Assembly (NCBI GenBank): GCA_963807735.1
Contig: CAWEDI010000001.1
Coordinates: forward strand, 1 to 64,000
DNA: 64,000 bases
Direction of reading: 5' to 3'
Origin: an uncultured Pseudomonadota bacterium
GTDB taxonomy: Bacteria; Pseudomonadota; Alphaproteobacteria; Rhizobiales; Beijerinckiaceae
Translations under genes and position numbers: made by a program
Notes under the pieces: model-generated
What the model saw: only the letters and a program-made list of their open reading frames with translations
What the model was told of the DNA's origin: nothing
Databases searched by the model: none
Part shown: in pieces, positions 1-8,789 of the stretch
How the letters are laid out: the number at the start of each line of letters is the position of its first letter
How positions within the stretch are numbered: position 1 is the stretch's first letter

Positions 1-868
1 CGCCATCGCGAACGAGCGACCCTGAACGAGCCTCTGGTTCTCGAAGATCGAGCCCTGATGCGGCGCCGGCGGATAAGGCATGCGCACCGGCACGTCGCGC
101 AACCTGCGGCTGCAGCGTCGGTTCGCCGCGCACCATTTGCGCGTTGAAGCTTTCGAGATCCTTGAACCAGTCGGAGCGCAGCGGCCAGGCGTCGGCGGCG
201 CGATAGCCGAACAGCAGCAGCGGCCGGTCGCGGTCCGAAAGGTTAGCTCTCGAACCATGCACCGTGCGCACGTGGTGCAGGGAGATGGCGCCCGCCTTGC
301 CGATCACCGGCGTAGCGTTGCGGACGTCGAGCCCCGCCGCGACAGGATCCATCGCCCCCGCGAAATGGCCCTCGTAATGATGATCGTAGACGGGGCCCCG
401 GTGTGAACCGGGTATCATCAGCATCGGCCCGTTCTCCAAAGTGCAGTCTTCGATCATCACGCCGACTTCGAGAATGTCGTCGTTGGTGTGCGGATAGAAG
501 GCCCAATCCTGATGCCATTCCACCGGCTCGCCGCCCCGCGCCGGCTTGATGTTGAGCTTGCTGTGGTCCATGCGCAAATTCGGACCTATGAGTTGAACGA
601 CGAGATCCATGATCCGCGGCGAGGTCAGCATCTCGCTGTAGATGGCGCCGTTGATATGCGGGTCCTTGATCCTGCGAACCCTCGGATTCGAGCGAGAATG
701 CGCATCTTCGAGATCGTAGACGCTGTCGCTCGCCGAAACATCGCGCGATTTTTCGATAAGCTCGGCAAGCGTCTCCCGCGCCTGAGTCAACCAGACCTGG
801 GGGATGACGTCGGGAACGACGATGTAGCCGTTCTCGCGATAGAACTCGATCTGCGATGGGGTCAGCAT
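1..868 (-). CDS. Phytanoyl-CoA dioxygenase (PhyH) family Fe(II)/2-oxoglutarate oxygenase; C-terminus runs off the left edge
   Basis: Hand translation of the minus strand from ATG (866-868): MLTPSQIEFYRENGYIVVPDVI...EWHQDWAFYP...GSHRGPVYDHH. GGAGG lies 5 nt upstream (871-879 on plus). The ORF is absent from the track because it has no stop inside the window. The overlapping track ORFs 243..887(-) and 488..895(+) are shadow frames. Confidence 0.75.
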   Translation of the reverse strand, partial: MLTPSQIEFYRENGYIVVPDVIPQVWLTQARETLAELIEKSRDVSASDSVYDLEDAHSRSNPRVRRIKDPHINGAIYSEMLTSPRIMDLVVQLIGPNLRMDHSKLNIKPARGGEPVEWHQDWAFYPHTNDDILEVGVMIEDCTLENGPMLMIPGSHRGPVYDHHYEGHFAGAMDPVAAGLDVRNATPVIGKAGAISLHHVRTVHGSRANLSDRDRPLLLFGYRAADAWPLRSDWFKDLESFNAQMVRGEPTLQPQVARRAGAHALSAGAASGLDLREPEARSGSLVRDG

Positions 869-920
869 GGTTTCCTCCGTCTCTCATTTTTGTGATTCAG
901 CGTTATTCAGCTTCGGGGTT

Positions 921-1982
921 CTACTTCGCTTGTAGCTCCCCCGTCGAGACGACACGGCCAATCTTCGACGAACGCAACATCGCCTCAACCACCTCAACCG
1001 AGCGCAAGCCGACGACGGCGTCCGCGCAGTTCTCGACCGCCTTGCCAAGGCAGAGATCGACGAAGCGGTGGATTGGCTCGGCGCAGGCGTAGGCCCCGTC
1101 GCCGGACGAGATGGCGACGTCCGCGTTTTCTCCGTCGAACCGACGAAGGCTGAGGCGCTCCCGTTCGACGTCCAGCAACAGCATTCCGGCGTCGCCGAAG
1201 ATGCGAATGTCGACCTGGAACGGCGAGCCGGGCGGGACTGTGGCGGCGCCGGACAGCGCCGCCGTCACCCCGTCAGCAAAACGCACGACGGCCGCGTCAT
1301 AGAGATCGCCGCCGAGCTCCGACCGGCCAACCATCGCGAACACGTCCTTCGGCGTGAGATCGGCGAGGTAGAACAATCCTCCCAGCATGTGGATGAGCTG
1401 TCCCCAGGCATACCCACCGGTCGCGGAATTCGCCCAGGTTTGCGGGTCCGGGCGGAACATCTCCCGTTCGGTTCCGGCGAGGTCCGATCCCGACATGAGG
1501 TCCCCGACCGGCGTCGCCATCTGCGCGCTAACGTGGCGGATGCGGCCAATGCGTCCGGCGCGGACGAGCGCGCGCGCCTCGGCGAAATAGGGTTTGAAGT
1601 TCCACCCGTAGGGAACCAGCACATGAAGAGCTTTGGCCCGCGCCAAAGCGGCGATCGCGCGCGCCTCAACCGCCGAGACCGTCATAGGCTTTTCGATCAG
1701 GACGTGGATGCCTCTTTCCATCGCCGCGATCGCATGGGCGCCGTGCAGATTGTGCGGTGAGGCGACGACGAGCGCGTCCATCGGCGCCTCGCTCAACATC
1801 GTCCCAAAATCCTCAGAGCCATAGGGGATGCCGAAGGTCGTCTGCACTTTGTGGAGTTCAGCCCGGCCAAGCCGGCAGACCGCGACCAGCTCCACGTCGG
1901 AACGCGCTTTCAGAATCGGCATATGGTTGGCCACCGCCCACCAACCGGCGCCCACCACGCCGATGCGCAATTTTCCGCTCAT
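921..1982 (-). CDS. Gfo/Idh/MocA family NAD(P)-dependent oxidoreductase
   Basis: N-terminal Rossmann motif LRIGVVGAGWWA and a central EKPM motif (HVLIEKPMTV). GGAGAA RBS before the ATG. Confidence 0.85.
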   Translation of the reverse strand: MSGKLRIGVVGAGWWAVANHMPILKARSDVELVAVCRLGRAELHKVQTTFGIPYGSEDFGTMLSEAPMDALVVASPHNLHGAHAIAAMERGIHVLIEKPMTVSAVEARAIAALARAKALHVLVPYGWNFKPYFAEARALVRAGRIGRIRHVSAQMATPVGDLMSGSDLAGTEREMFRPDPQTWANSATGGYAWGQLIHMLGGLFYLADLTPKDVFAMVGRSELGGDLYDAAVVRFADGVTAALSGAATVPPGSPFQVDIRIFGDAGMLLLDVERERLSLRRFDGENADVAISSGDGAYACAEPIHRFVDLCLGKAVENCADAVVGLRSVEVVEAMLRSSKIGRVVSTGELQAK

Positions 1983-2077
1983 GCGATTCTCCGACCGCCA
2001 ATTCCGATCACATGTTTACGCCGGCCTCGCTGCGCGAGGCAACGACATAGCGGGCTTGCAAGGCCAAGCCTGGCGGG

Positions 2078-2971
2078 TCACTTGATCGGCGGTCGAGGCA
2101 GTTGGGCCTCGCCCGGCTCCATGACGTAGGTATAATCGAGCGAATACCAGGGTGCACGGATCGACGGGTCCGAAGGATGCGGCTCCGCATGGCGGACATA
2201 GTCGCCGAGCAAGGCCCGGGTGACGCCGAATTGGGGGTCCCGGTTGATGTTGGGGTCGTCGGGATCGTAGACCTGCGAGATCAGCACTTTGTAACCCGGC
2301 TTGAAGATCAGCGCATGCAGATGCGCCGGCCGTTTCGGCTGGCGGTTTTGGGTCTTCAGCATCAGTCCGACGACGCCGTCCGTCGGAATGGGGTAGCCGA
2401 CCATCTTGACCGTGGTGAACCAGAACCTGCCGGCTTCATCCGTCGTGAATTTGCCGCGCAAATTCATATCGGCCTGTTCGGGGTCCTGGTTTTCGTAGAG
2501 ACCGAGCGGAGAGGCGTGCCAAATGTCGACCTCAGCGCCGGCGATCGGCGCGCCCGCCCTGTCTACGACGCGGGCCGTCACCAGCAGCGCATGGCCGGGC
2601 GTGTCGGAGCGAACAATCGTTCCTCCGTTGGCGACGCGCGGTGAATTCAATCGCCAGAACGGACCCAGCAGCGATTGCGATGTTTCGGTGTTGCCGCCCT
2701 CGCCATTGTTGAGCAGACAGACGAGCGAGGAGACGCCGAGGGAACCGGCCATCAGCACCGGCTCGTTGTGCGTATCCGAGGACAGCTTGCCCATCTCGTT
2801 GAGGATCGCGGCGGCGTCGCGAAACTCGACCTCGGTCAACCGCACTTCGCGCACGAAGGCGTGCAAATGGGCGACAAGGGACGTCATGATTTCCCGCAGG
2901 CGCGGGTTTTCCGTGCGCTGCATCGCGACCAGCGCGTCGGACGTCACGTCGTCCAATGTCCGGATAATCAT
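2078..2971 (-). CDS. Intradiol ring-cleavage dioxygenase (hydroxyquinol/catechol 1,2-dioxygenase-like)
   Basis: 297 aa. Family-typical motifs: LLGPFW, VDIWHASPLGLYENQ, RPAHLHALIF, GYPIPTDG. GGGAGG RBS. Confidence 0.8.
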   Translation of the reverse strand: MIIRTLDDVTSDALVAMQRTENPRLREIMTSLVAHLHAFVREVRLTEVEFRDAAAILNEMGKLSSDTHNEPVLMAGSLGVSSLVCLLNNGEGGNTETSQSLLGPFWRLNSPRVANGGTIVRSDTPGHALLVTARVVDRAGAPIAGAEVDIWHASPLGLYENQDPEQADMNLRGKFTTDEAGRFWFTTVKMVGYPIPTDGVVGLMLKTQNRQPKRPAHLHALIFKPGYKVLISQVYDPDDPNINRDPQFGVTRALLGDYVRHAEPHPSDPSIRAPWYSLDYTYVMEPGEAQLPRPPIK

Positions 2972-3046
2972 GTCGGTCCTCCCGATCAGATTCCCCTTAC
3001 ACTCGGCGCGACGCTGCGTCGATAACCCCTGTGGCGCCTCAGCGGC

Positions 3047-3844
3047 TCATTCGGCGGCCGCTTCGACGAGCGCCTTGCGCCCGGCGGCCGGGCTGGCGGC
3101 GAGATAGCCGCCGGCGACAAACACGGCGCCGCCGATCACGTTGCCGATCGTCACCCAGAACAAGTTGTAGGCCATGCCGGCGAGCGACACGCTAGCGGGA
3201 TGATGGCCGAGCAGAGCGATCGAGAACACCGTCATGTTGGCGACCGAGTGTTCGAAGCCCGCGGCGATAAAGGCGAACAGACACCACCAGATCAGGATAC
3301 ATTTCGCCGCGTCGCTGGTCGCCCTCTGGCTGGTCCACAGCGCCAGGCAGACGAGCCAGTTGCACAAGGCGCCGCGCGCGATGAGCGCCGTCGCCGAAGC
3401 GCTCATCTTCGCCGCGGAGGCGGCGAAGATGAGGTCGGCGCCCTCCTTGAGGATCTGCCCGCCGCCACCGAGCCAGAAGACGAGCGCGAGCAGGACCGCG
3501 CCGGCGAGATTGCCGATCCAGCACAAGACCCAGGCGCGGATCAACGCGGCCGCGTCGATCGTCCCGCGTGCGAGACCGATCGTCATGAACATCGTGTGGC
3601 CGGTAAACAGGTCCGACCCGGCGAAGACAACCAAAGTCAGCGCGATGCCGAAGGCCGACCCCATGACGAGGCTGCGGAAGGCCGGTTCGATCTGTTGGCC
3701 GAGGGTGAAGATCAGAATGATGCCGATGCCGACATAGGCGCCCGCCAGCATTGAGGACACAAAGAACGCGAGCGGCGCGTCCCGACTATACGCAGCCTTG
3801 GCGGCGGCGATGGCGGCAAAATCGTCGAGCGTCTTGGTGAACAT
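3047..3844 (-). CDS. Formate/nitrite transporter (FNT) family channel, NirC-like by context
   Basis: Polytopic membrane protein (FFVSSMLAGAYVGIGI..., FEHSVANM). Start moved to the internal ATG at 3844, preceded by GGGAGA. Last gene of the nirA operon. Confidence 0.85.
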   Translation of the reverse strand: MFTKTLDDFAAIAAAKAAYSRDAPLAFFVSSMLAGAYVGIGIILIFTLGQQIEPAFRSLVMGSAFGIALTLVVFAGSDLFTGHTMFMTIGLARGTIDAAALIRAWVLCWIGNLAGAVLLALVFWLGGGGQILKEGADLIFAASAAKMSASATALIARGALCNWLVCLALWTSQRATSDAAKCILIWWCLFAFIAAGFEHSVANMTVFSIALLGHHPASVSLAGMAYNLFWVTIGNVIGGAVFVAGGYLAASPAAGRKALVEAAAE

Positions 3845-4017
3845 TTCGGTCTCCCTATTCGGCGACGGTCGCGGCGGCGAACGCGGCGAACGCACGCGGC
3901 CCGCCGTCTATCGTTGGATGCAGCAACCGCACCGCTGTCCCTGTCCGGGGTCGCGAGGACTCCGCGTCCGACGCCGGATTCAGGCGGGTCGTCGCGACGG
4001 CGGGCACGGCGCGTTCA

Positions 4018-5625
4018 TCAGTAGACGTCCTCCTGATAGCGTCCGGCTTTCTTCAGTCCCGCAACGAAGCTCACAGCCTCCTCGGTCGAGCGCGCGCCAC
4101 AGGTCGCCGCAATATCGACCAGCGCCCGCTCGACGTCTTTCGCCATGCGGGTGGCGTCGCCGCAGACATAGACATGCGCGCCCTCGGCGAGCCATCGCCA
4201 CAGCTCCGGGCCGACCTCGCGCATACGATCCTGAACGTAGAATTTCTGATCGCCGACGCGCGACCAGGCAAGCGACATGCGAGTGAGGTGACCCGCCTTG
4301 CGCATCGCCTCGAATTCGTCCTCGTAGAAGAAATCGTGCTGACGGCGCTGATGGCCGAAGAAGAGCCAGTTCGGCCCGCGGGCGCCAAGCGCCTGTCGCT
4401 CCTGGAGGAAGGCGCGGAACGGCGCGACGCCGGTCCCGGGACCGATCATCACGATCGGCGTTTCGGGATTGTCCGGCAGCCGGAAGCCGTGCGCCTTCTG
4501 CACATAGGCTTTGACGCGTTCGCCCGGCGCGATTCGCTCGCCGAGAAAGGTTGAGGCGACGCCAAGGCGATCACGCGGTCCTATCTGATAACGAACGGTG
4601 TCCACCGTCAGCGTCACCCGACCAGGGACAGCCTTCGGCGACGAGGAGATCGAATAGAGCCGCGGCGCCAACGGATCGAGCGCCTCAAGGAACGCTTCTG
4701 AGTCCGGGCGCGCCCCTTCAAATTTGCGCAGCGTCGCCAGCACGTCGAGGCTAGACGCGTCGCCGTCGGGGTCCTCGCCGCTCGCCAGCGCGCGCGCCTT
4801 GGCGCGGCGATCGCCGCCGAGCATATAGGAGAGCAGCTGGAACAGATTGTCGGGCGCCGCGCCGAGCGAGACGTCGGCGATCAATGCCTGCCGCAGGCTC
4901 TTACCGCCGACGTCGCGACGCGGATTGGCGCCGAGCGCGCCGATGATTTGATCGGCGAGCGCCGTGTGATTCCTTGGGAAAACGCCAAAGCTGTCGCCGA
5001 CGGCATAATCGAGCCCGCTGTTGCTGAGATCGAACTCGATATGCCATGTCGTCTTCGACGAGCCGGCGCCATTCAGCCGCCGGCGCGACAGGAACTCGGC
5101 TTCGCCCGGGTTATCGCGCGAAGCGCGGGCCGTCGCGGGCGCGGGCGCGGGTTCACTCGGCCGTTCGGCGACAACGGCGGGTGCGGCGACGCTCGGGCCG
5201 ATCTCGGCGGCCAATTGCTTCAACATACGCGCCGTTTCCTTGCCGCCCGGGGAGCAAAGGGTCAGCCGCTCCTCCTTCTTCAGGAACAACGCGTTGGCGT
5301 AGTCGGCGCAATTGTAGCCGCATTGCCCGCAATCCTGCTGCGCCATCGCGGCCATCAGCCGCAGCGCCGGCGGTTTGCTCTCGGCCATGGTCATACGCTC
5401 GCCGAGCGACAGCGACGGGTCGTGCCATGGCGCGGAATCGTTGTCGGCGAGCGTTGCCTCGGGGCCCGGAGTAAGCGCGGCGTTGTCGGCGGCCGAAAGC
5501 GGCGCGGGCGCGCCGTCGGCCGCGAGAATCGCGGCGAAGAAGCCGTCAAGCCAGGACCGCTGCTCCGGCGAGAACGGCGCGCTCGGCGGGATCAGCATGC
5601 GGGGCGGCGAAACTCGGGCTGTCAT
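4018..5625 (-). CDS. CysJ-like FAD/NAD(P)H reductase (annotated in databases as sulfite reductase subunit alpha). It lacks an FMN/flavodoxin domain and carries an N-terminal 4-Cys motif.
   Basis: C-terminal FNR-type fold motifs (RLYSISSSP, MIGPGTGVAPFRAF, YVCGDA, final EDVY). N-terminal DCGQCGYNC...LCSPGG. The ATGA start/stop overlap with nirA (5622-5625) indicates translational coupling. Confidence 0.85.
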   Translation of the reverse strand: MTARVSPPRMLIPPSAPFSPEQRSWLDGFFAAILAADGAPAPLSAADNAALTPGPEATLADNDSAPWHDPSLSLGERMTMAESKPPALRLMAAMAQQDCGQCGYNCADYANALFLKKEERLTLCSPGGKETARMLKQLAAEIGPSVAAPAVVAERPSEPAPAPATARASRDNPGEAEFLSRRRLNGAGSSKTTWHIEFDLSNSGLDYAVGDSFGVFPRNHTALADQIIGALGANPRRDVGGKSLRQALIADVSLGAAPDNLFQLLSYMLGGDRRAKARALASGEDPDGDASSLDVLATLRKFEGARPDSEAFLEALDPLAPRLYSISSSPKAVPGRVTLTVDTVRYQIGPRDRLGVASTFLGERIAPGERVKAYVQKAHGFRLPDNPETPIVMIGPGTGVAPFRAFLQERQALGARGPNWLFFGHQRRQHDFFYEDEFEAMRKAGHLTRMSLAWSRVGDQKFYVQDRMREVGPELWRWLAEGAHVYVCGDATRMAKDVERALVDIAATCGARSTEEAVSFVAGLKKAGRYQEDVY

Positions 5626-7367
5626 GGCGTCTCCGCGAGGGACTTGAGCGATTCCGTGTCGTGGCGAGCGGCGAATGCCCGAAAGCTTTCGTCCGGCGCC
5701 GAACGGCGGGCGAGATAGGCGCGCAGCAGGCTCTCGACCTTGTCGGCGCAGCCGTCAGCGGGCACATCGCGCCAAAGCTCGCGACCGATACGCGCGCAAT
5801 CGGCGAAGCCGCCGCCGACGACGATCGTGTAGCCTTCGACCGGCTCCTCGTCTTCGCCGCGGGCGATCTTGACCGCGATCAGGCCGATGTCGCCGATGTA
5901 GTGCTGCGCGCAGGAGTGGTGGCAGCCGGTCAGGTGAATATTGATCGGCGCGTCGAGCGCGACACGCGTTTCCAGCCGCGCGGCGAAATCGAGTGCGTGC
6001 TCCTTGGTGTGAGCGGCGGCGAACTTACACCCGGTCGCTCCGGTGCAGGCGATGAGACCGGCCCGGATCGCATTGGCGCGCCAGTCTAAGCCGAGGGCTT
6101 CGATCGCCGCCTTCGCGGAGGCAACGTCCTTATCGGCGACGCCGGAAATGAGAAGATTCTGCCACACCGTGAGACGTAGGTCGCCATCACCGAACTCGCG
6201 GGCGACGGCGGCGATTCCGCGCATCTCGTCGGCGCTCATCCGCCCGACCTTCAACGCAACGCCGATCCAGTTCAGCCCCGCTTGCGCTTGGGCGTGGACG
6301 CCGATGTGGGCCATGCGATCGATTGGCGGCCGCGGTGCAATCACCACCGTCGCGACGCGCGTTAGCGGCCGCCCCAGCTTCGCTTCGACGGCGGCGAGGA
6401 ATTTGTCCATGCCCCAGTTGTCGAGCACATATTTGAGCCGCGCCTTGTTGCGGTCTGTGCGGTCACCGCTTTCGATGAAGACGCGCACGATCGCGTCGGC
6501 GACGTCTACGCATTCGTCGGCGCGGCAGAACACGCCAGCGTCGCGCGCAAGATCGCGATGGCCCGTGATCCCGCCAATGACGACGCGGAACCAAACGCCG
6601 GGCTCAACGCCAGCGCCGTCGCCGACCAGCACGGCCTGGAACCCGATGTCGTTGGTCTCCTCCAGCGTCGCGATGCAACCGCCGCCGTCGAAGGCGACAT
6701 TGAACTTACGCGGTAGGCCGGTCAGCGATCGGTCGTTGAGGATATGGAAGTGCCAGTCGCGCGCCAGCGGCCGGGTGTCAATCAACTCTTGCGGATCAAT
6801 CCCCGCCGTCGCGCCGCCGGTGACGTTGCGAATGTTGTCCGCGCCGGAGCCGCGCGAACAGAGACCGAGGTCCTGCACCGCCTCGACGACCGCCGTCGCA
6901 TTCGCCGCGGCGACCTCGCGGACTTGGAGATTGGCGCGTGTCGTCGTGTGCGCGTAGCCGCCGCCATACCGCTCGCTCAGATCGGCGAGGCCGGCGAATT
7001 GTTGAAAGCTAAGAATTCCGTTGGGGATGCGCAACCGCAGCATGTAGCTCGATTGCGCTGGCGCGACGTAGAAAAGGCCGAAATAACGCCAGCGGAAATT
7101 ATCGTCGGGCTTAGGGAATACGCCCGCCTTCGCCTGCGCTTTCAGCCTTGGGTAGGCGTCGAACGGGTGTTCGGCGCGCTTCCATTTTTCCTGGTCGGCG
7201 AGCTTCTTCCCGGCGGCGGTCAGCGCGTCCTGGGCGGCGAAATGCGGGGCGTCGGGACCCATCGGCGCGGGTGCGGCGGACGCCGGGCGCGCGCCGCGTA
7301 TCGCCTGCGCGCCGGCGACGAAGCCCTCGAGATAACGCTTTTGATCCAAGGTGAAATCGTTGCTCAT
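5622..7367 (-). CDS. nirA: NirA-family sirohaem/[4Fe-4S] nitrite (or sulfite) reductase haemoprotein
   Basis: About 581 aa with duplicated nitrite/sulfite reductase halves and a Cys cluster (CTGATGCKFA ... LTGCHHSCAQH). The track start 7370 is TTG. The ATG at 7367 overlaps the stop of the upstream small ORF (TGATG). Confidence 0.9.
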   Translation of the reverse strand: MSNDFTLDQKRYLEGFVAGAQAIRGARPASAAPAPMGPDAPHFAAQDALTAAGKKLADQEKWKRAEHPFDAYPRLKAQAKAGVFPKPDDNFRWRYFGLFYVAPAQSSYMLRLRIPNGILSFQQFAGLADLSERYGGGYAHTTTRANLQVREVAAANATAVVEAVQDLGLCSRGSGADNIRNVTGGATAGIDPQELIDTRPLARDWHFHILNDRSLTGLPRKFNVAFDGGGCIATLEETNDIGFQAVLVGDGAGVEPGVWFRVVIGGITGHRDLARDAGVFCRADECVDVADAIVRVFIESGDRTDRNKARLKYVLDNWGMDKFLAAVEAKLGRPLTRVATVVIAPRPPIDRMAHIGVHAQAQAGLNWIGVALKVGRMSADEMRGIAAVAREFGDGDLRLTVWQNLLISGVADKDVASAKAAIEALGLDWRANAIRAGLIACTGATGCKFAAAHTKEHALDFAARLETRVALDAPINIHLTGCHHSCAQHYIGDIGLIAVKIARGEDEEPVEGYTIVVGGGFADCARIGRELWRDVPADGCADKVESLLRAYLARRSAPDESFRAFAARHDTESLKSLAETP

Positions 7368-7555
7368 CAAGCCGCCTCCCTTTGGGCGTCGGGGCGGCAG
7401 AACGCGGGACCGAAGAGCACGTCGTCGCGAAACGCGGCGACGTCGGCGGCGTCGCGGATCAGGTCGCGACCCGTCGCGCGGCGCGTCAGCTGGTCCCAGA
7501 ACCGCTCGGCGGCCATGCCGGCGCCGGCCAAAAGGAGGCGTTCGCGGGTTGTCAC
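7367..7555 (-). CDS. Small 62-aa ORF, translationally coupled on both sides. Possibly the N-terminal remnant of an FAD-dependent oxidoreductase (Flp/NirB-like).
   Basis: The GTG start overlaps the globin stop (GTGA at 7552-7555) and its stop overlaps the nirA ATG. The sequence LLLAGAGMAAERFWDQL resembles a dinucleotide-binding GxGxxG/A N-terminus, but the ORF ends after 62 codons. Confidence 0.3.
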   Translation of the reverse strand: MTTRERLLLAGAGMAAERFWDQLTRRATGRDLIRDAADVAAFRDDVLFGPAFCRPDAQREAA

Positions 7556-7974
7556 GCAGTCGCCTCTTCCCGATTGGCGGCGGCGATCATCACGCCCGAC
7601 AAGGTTTGGTAGGCGGTTGTCCAGGCGGCGGCGACCTCGGCCGTGTAAGCCTCTCCGAGCCCTTGGCTTAACGTCCACATCAGCGCCTCGCCGACCGGCG
7701 TGTAGTCAGCCGCCTTGACCCCGTAGCCAACGTGCCTGACGGCGAGCGCTTGTGCGGCCGGGACGACGGTATCGAGGCTCTTCAGGCCGTTGACGACGAC
7801 GCCCAGCGTCGTCATCAACTTGCGCCGCTGCTCAGCCATATCGCCACGGAAGAGCGGCTTGACGTGCGGCGCGATCTCAAACAGCCGCGCGTAGAACAAC
7901 TGCGCCGCCGTGTCGGCGATGGGAACTACTTTGCCGAACGACGATTGGACGAGGTCGATTTCACGCGGGGTCAT
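7552..7974 (-). CDS. Single-domain globin (Bjgb-like NO-detoxifying haemoglobin)
   Basis: 140 aa. Globin-like N-terminus (MTPREIDLVQSSFGKV...AAQLFYARLFEIAPHVKPLF) and a candidate proximal His in VRHVGYGV. Confidence 0.85.
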   Translation of the reverse strand: MTPREIDLVQSSFGKVVPIADTAAQLFYARLFEIAPHVKPLFRGDMAEQRRKLMTTLGVVVNGLKSLDTVVPAAQALAVRHVGYGVKAADYTPVGEALMWTLSQGLGEAYTAEVAAAWTTAYQTLSGVMIAAANREEATA

Positions 7975-8044
7975 CAGTCGTCTCCTTATGAGCGATGCAG
8001 TCAGATCGGGCGGCGGCCTAGTTGTCGAGGGACCAGTCCGCGCG

Positions 8045-8547
8045 CTACCGTCGATTGACCCGCGTCAGTAGCGTGAGTGCGCTAAAGCCGAGCGTGGCGA
8101 AGACGAGCAAACCGACTTGATGGGACCCGGTCAACTGTCTGGAGACGCCCGGGCTGCAGGCGAGAGAGAAGCCGCCGACGCCTCCAGTCATGCCAACCAG
8201 ACCAGTCATCATGCCGATCTCAGCGTGGAAACGTTGGGACACAGCGAATGGTTAGGGCCGACCGTGGCGATGAGGCCGGCAATGACGAGGGTCTGGCCGA
8301 TCCGTCCCGTGCGCTTGGGTCCGATGCGATCAACCAGGGCGCCGTTGAAGACGCGGAACAGCGCGCCGGCGAGCACCGGAAGCGCTACCATAAAGCCTTT
8401 GCTGGCAGGATCGAGCTTCAGATCGGCGCCCATCGGCATGCCGAGCGACCCAGGCAGAATCCATACCATGAAGCTGATGTCGAAATATAGGAAGGCCGCA
8501 AACAGCGTTGGCCAACGGGCCGCCTTCAAGAAGTCCTTGCTGGTCAT
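8045..8547 (-). pseudogene. narK: NarK/NasA-type MFS nitrate/nitrite transporter remnant with a large internal deletion plus a frame change
   Basis: ORF 8209..8547 encodes only the first ~100 aa (WPTLFAAFLYFDISFMVW...LVDRIGPKRTG). ORF 8045..8242, in a different frame, encodes only the last ~60 aa (QRFHAEIGMMTGLVGMTGGVGGF...). Together they span ~500 bp, versus the >1.2 kb expected for the family. Confidence 0.75.
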
Positions 8548-8569
8548 CGTCCGTCATCCTCGCGACTGC

Positions 8570-8633
8570 GCCCAAACGAAAAAGCCGCTCGCGGTTTTCC
8601 GCCGGATCAGGGCGCAAAATCGTCAGCGGCTTT
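8570..8633 (-). terminator. Leader hairpin plus U-tract between the sigma-54 promoter and the narK remnant (candidate ANTAR/NasT-controlled attenuator)
   Basis: On the minus strand, AAAGCCGCT (8633-8625) pairs with AGCGGCTTT (8589-8581) and is followed by TTCGTTT. Confidence 0.5.
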
Positions 8634-8698
8634 GCTCAATGTCGTCCGTCGCTGGAGCGGCGAAACCGGGCGACGCTGCCCTTTGAACAAGCGCGAAC

Positions 8699-8713
8699 GC
8701 AAGGTCTGTGCCA
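8699..8713 (-). promoter_or_regulatory. Sigma-54 (-24/-12) promoter
   Basis: The minus strand reads TGGCAC-AGACC-TTGC, an exact match to TGGCAC-N5-TTGC. It lies ~150 nt upstream of the narK remnant start. Confidence 0.6.
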
Positions 8714-8789
8714 CCTCATCCGTTACGCCATGTCGTCTTTTTTTCAATGGTTTACAATACGAATGGCGGCAAAAGGGCGTGTCTATCAA

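Noticed and set aside
243-887. Long Arg/Pro/Ala/Gly-rich ORFs overlapping real genes on the opposite strand or in shifted frames. Examples: 243..887(-), 1068..1760(+), 6043..6957(+), 6744..7718(+), 8508..9539(+), 14680..15321(-), 16072..16890(-), 21918..22523(-), 22162..22860(-), 24962..25738(-), 42395..43030(-), 43341..44180(+).
   Set aside because: These are typical high-GC shadow ORFs with biased RPAG composition and no recognisable motifs. Each overlaps a gene that has clear family signatures.
7367-7678. The full 103-aa track ORF as a gene.
   Set aside because: Its first 41 codons overlap the 3' end of the globin gene in another frame and are Arg-rich. Only the part from the GTG at 7555 is plausible.
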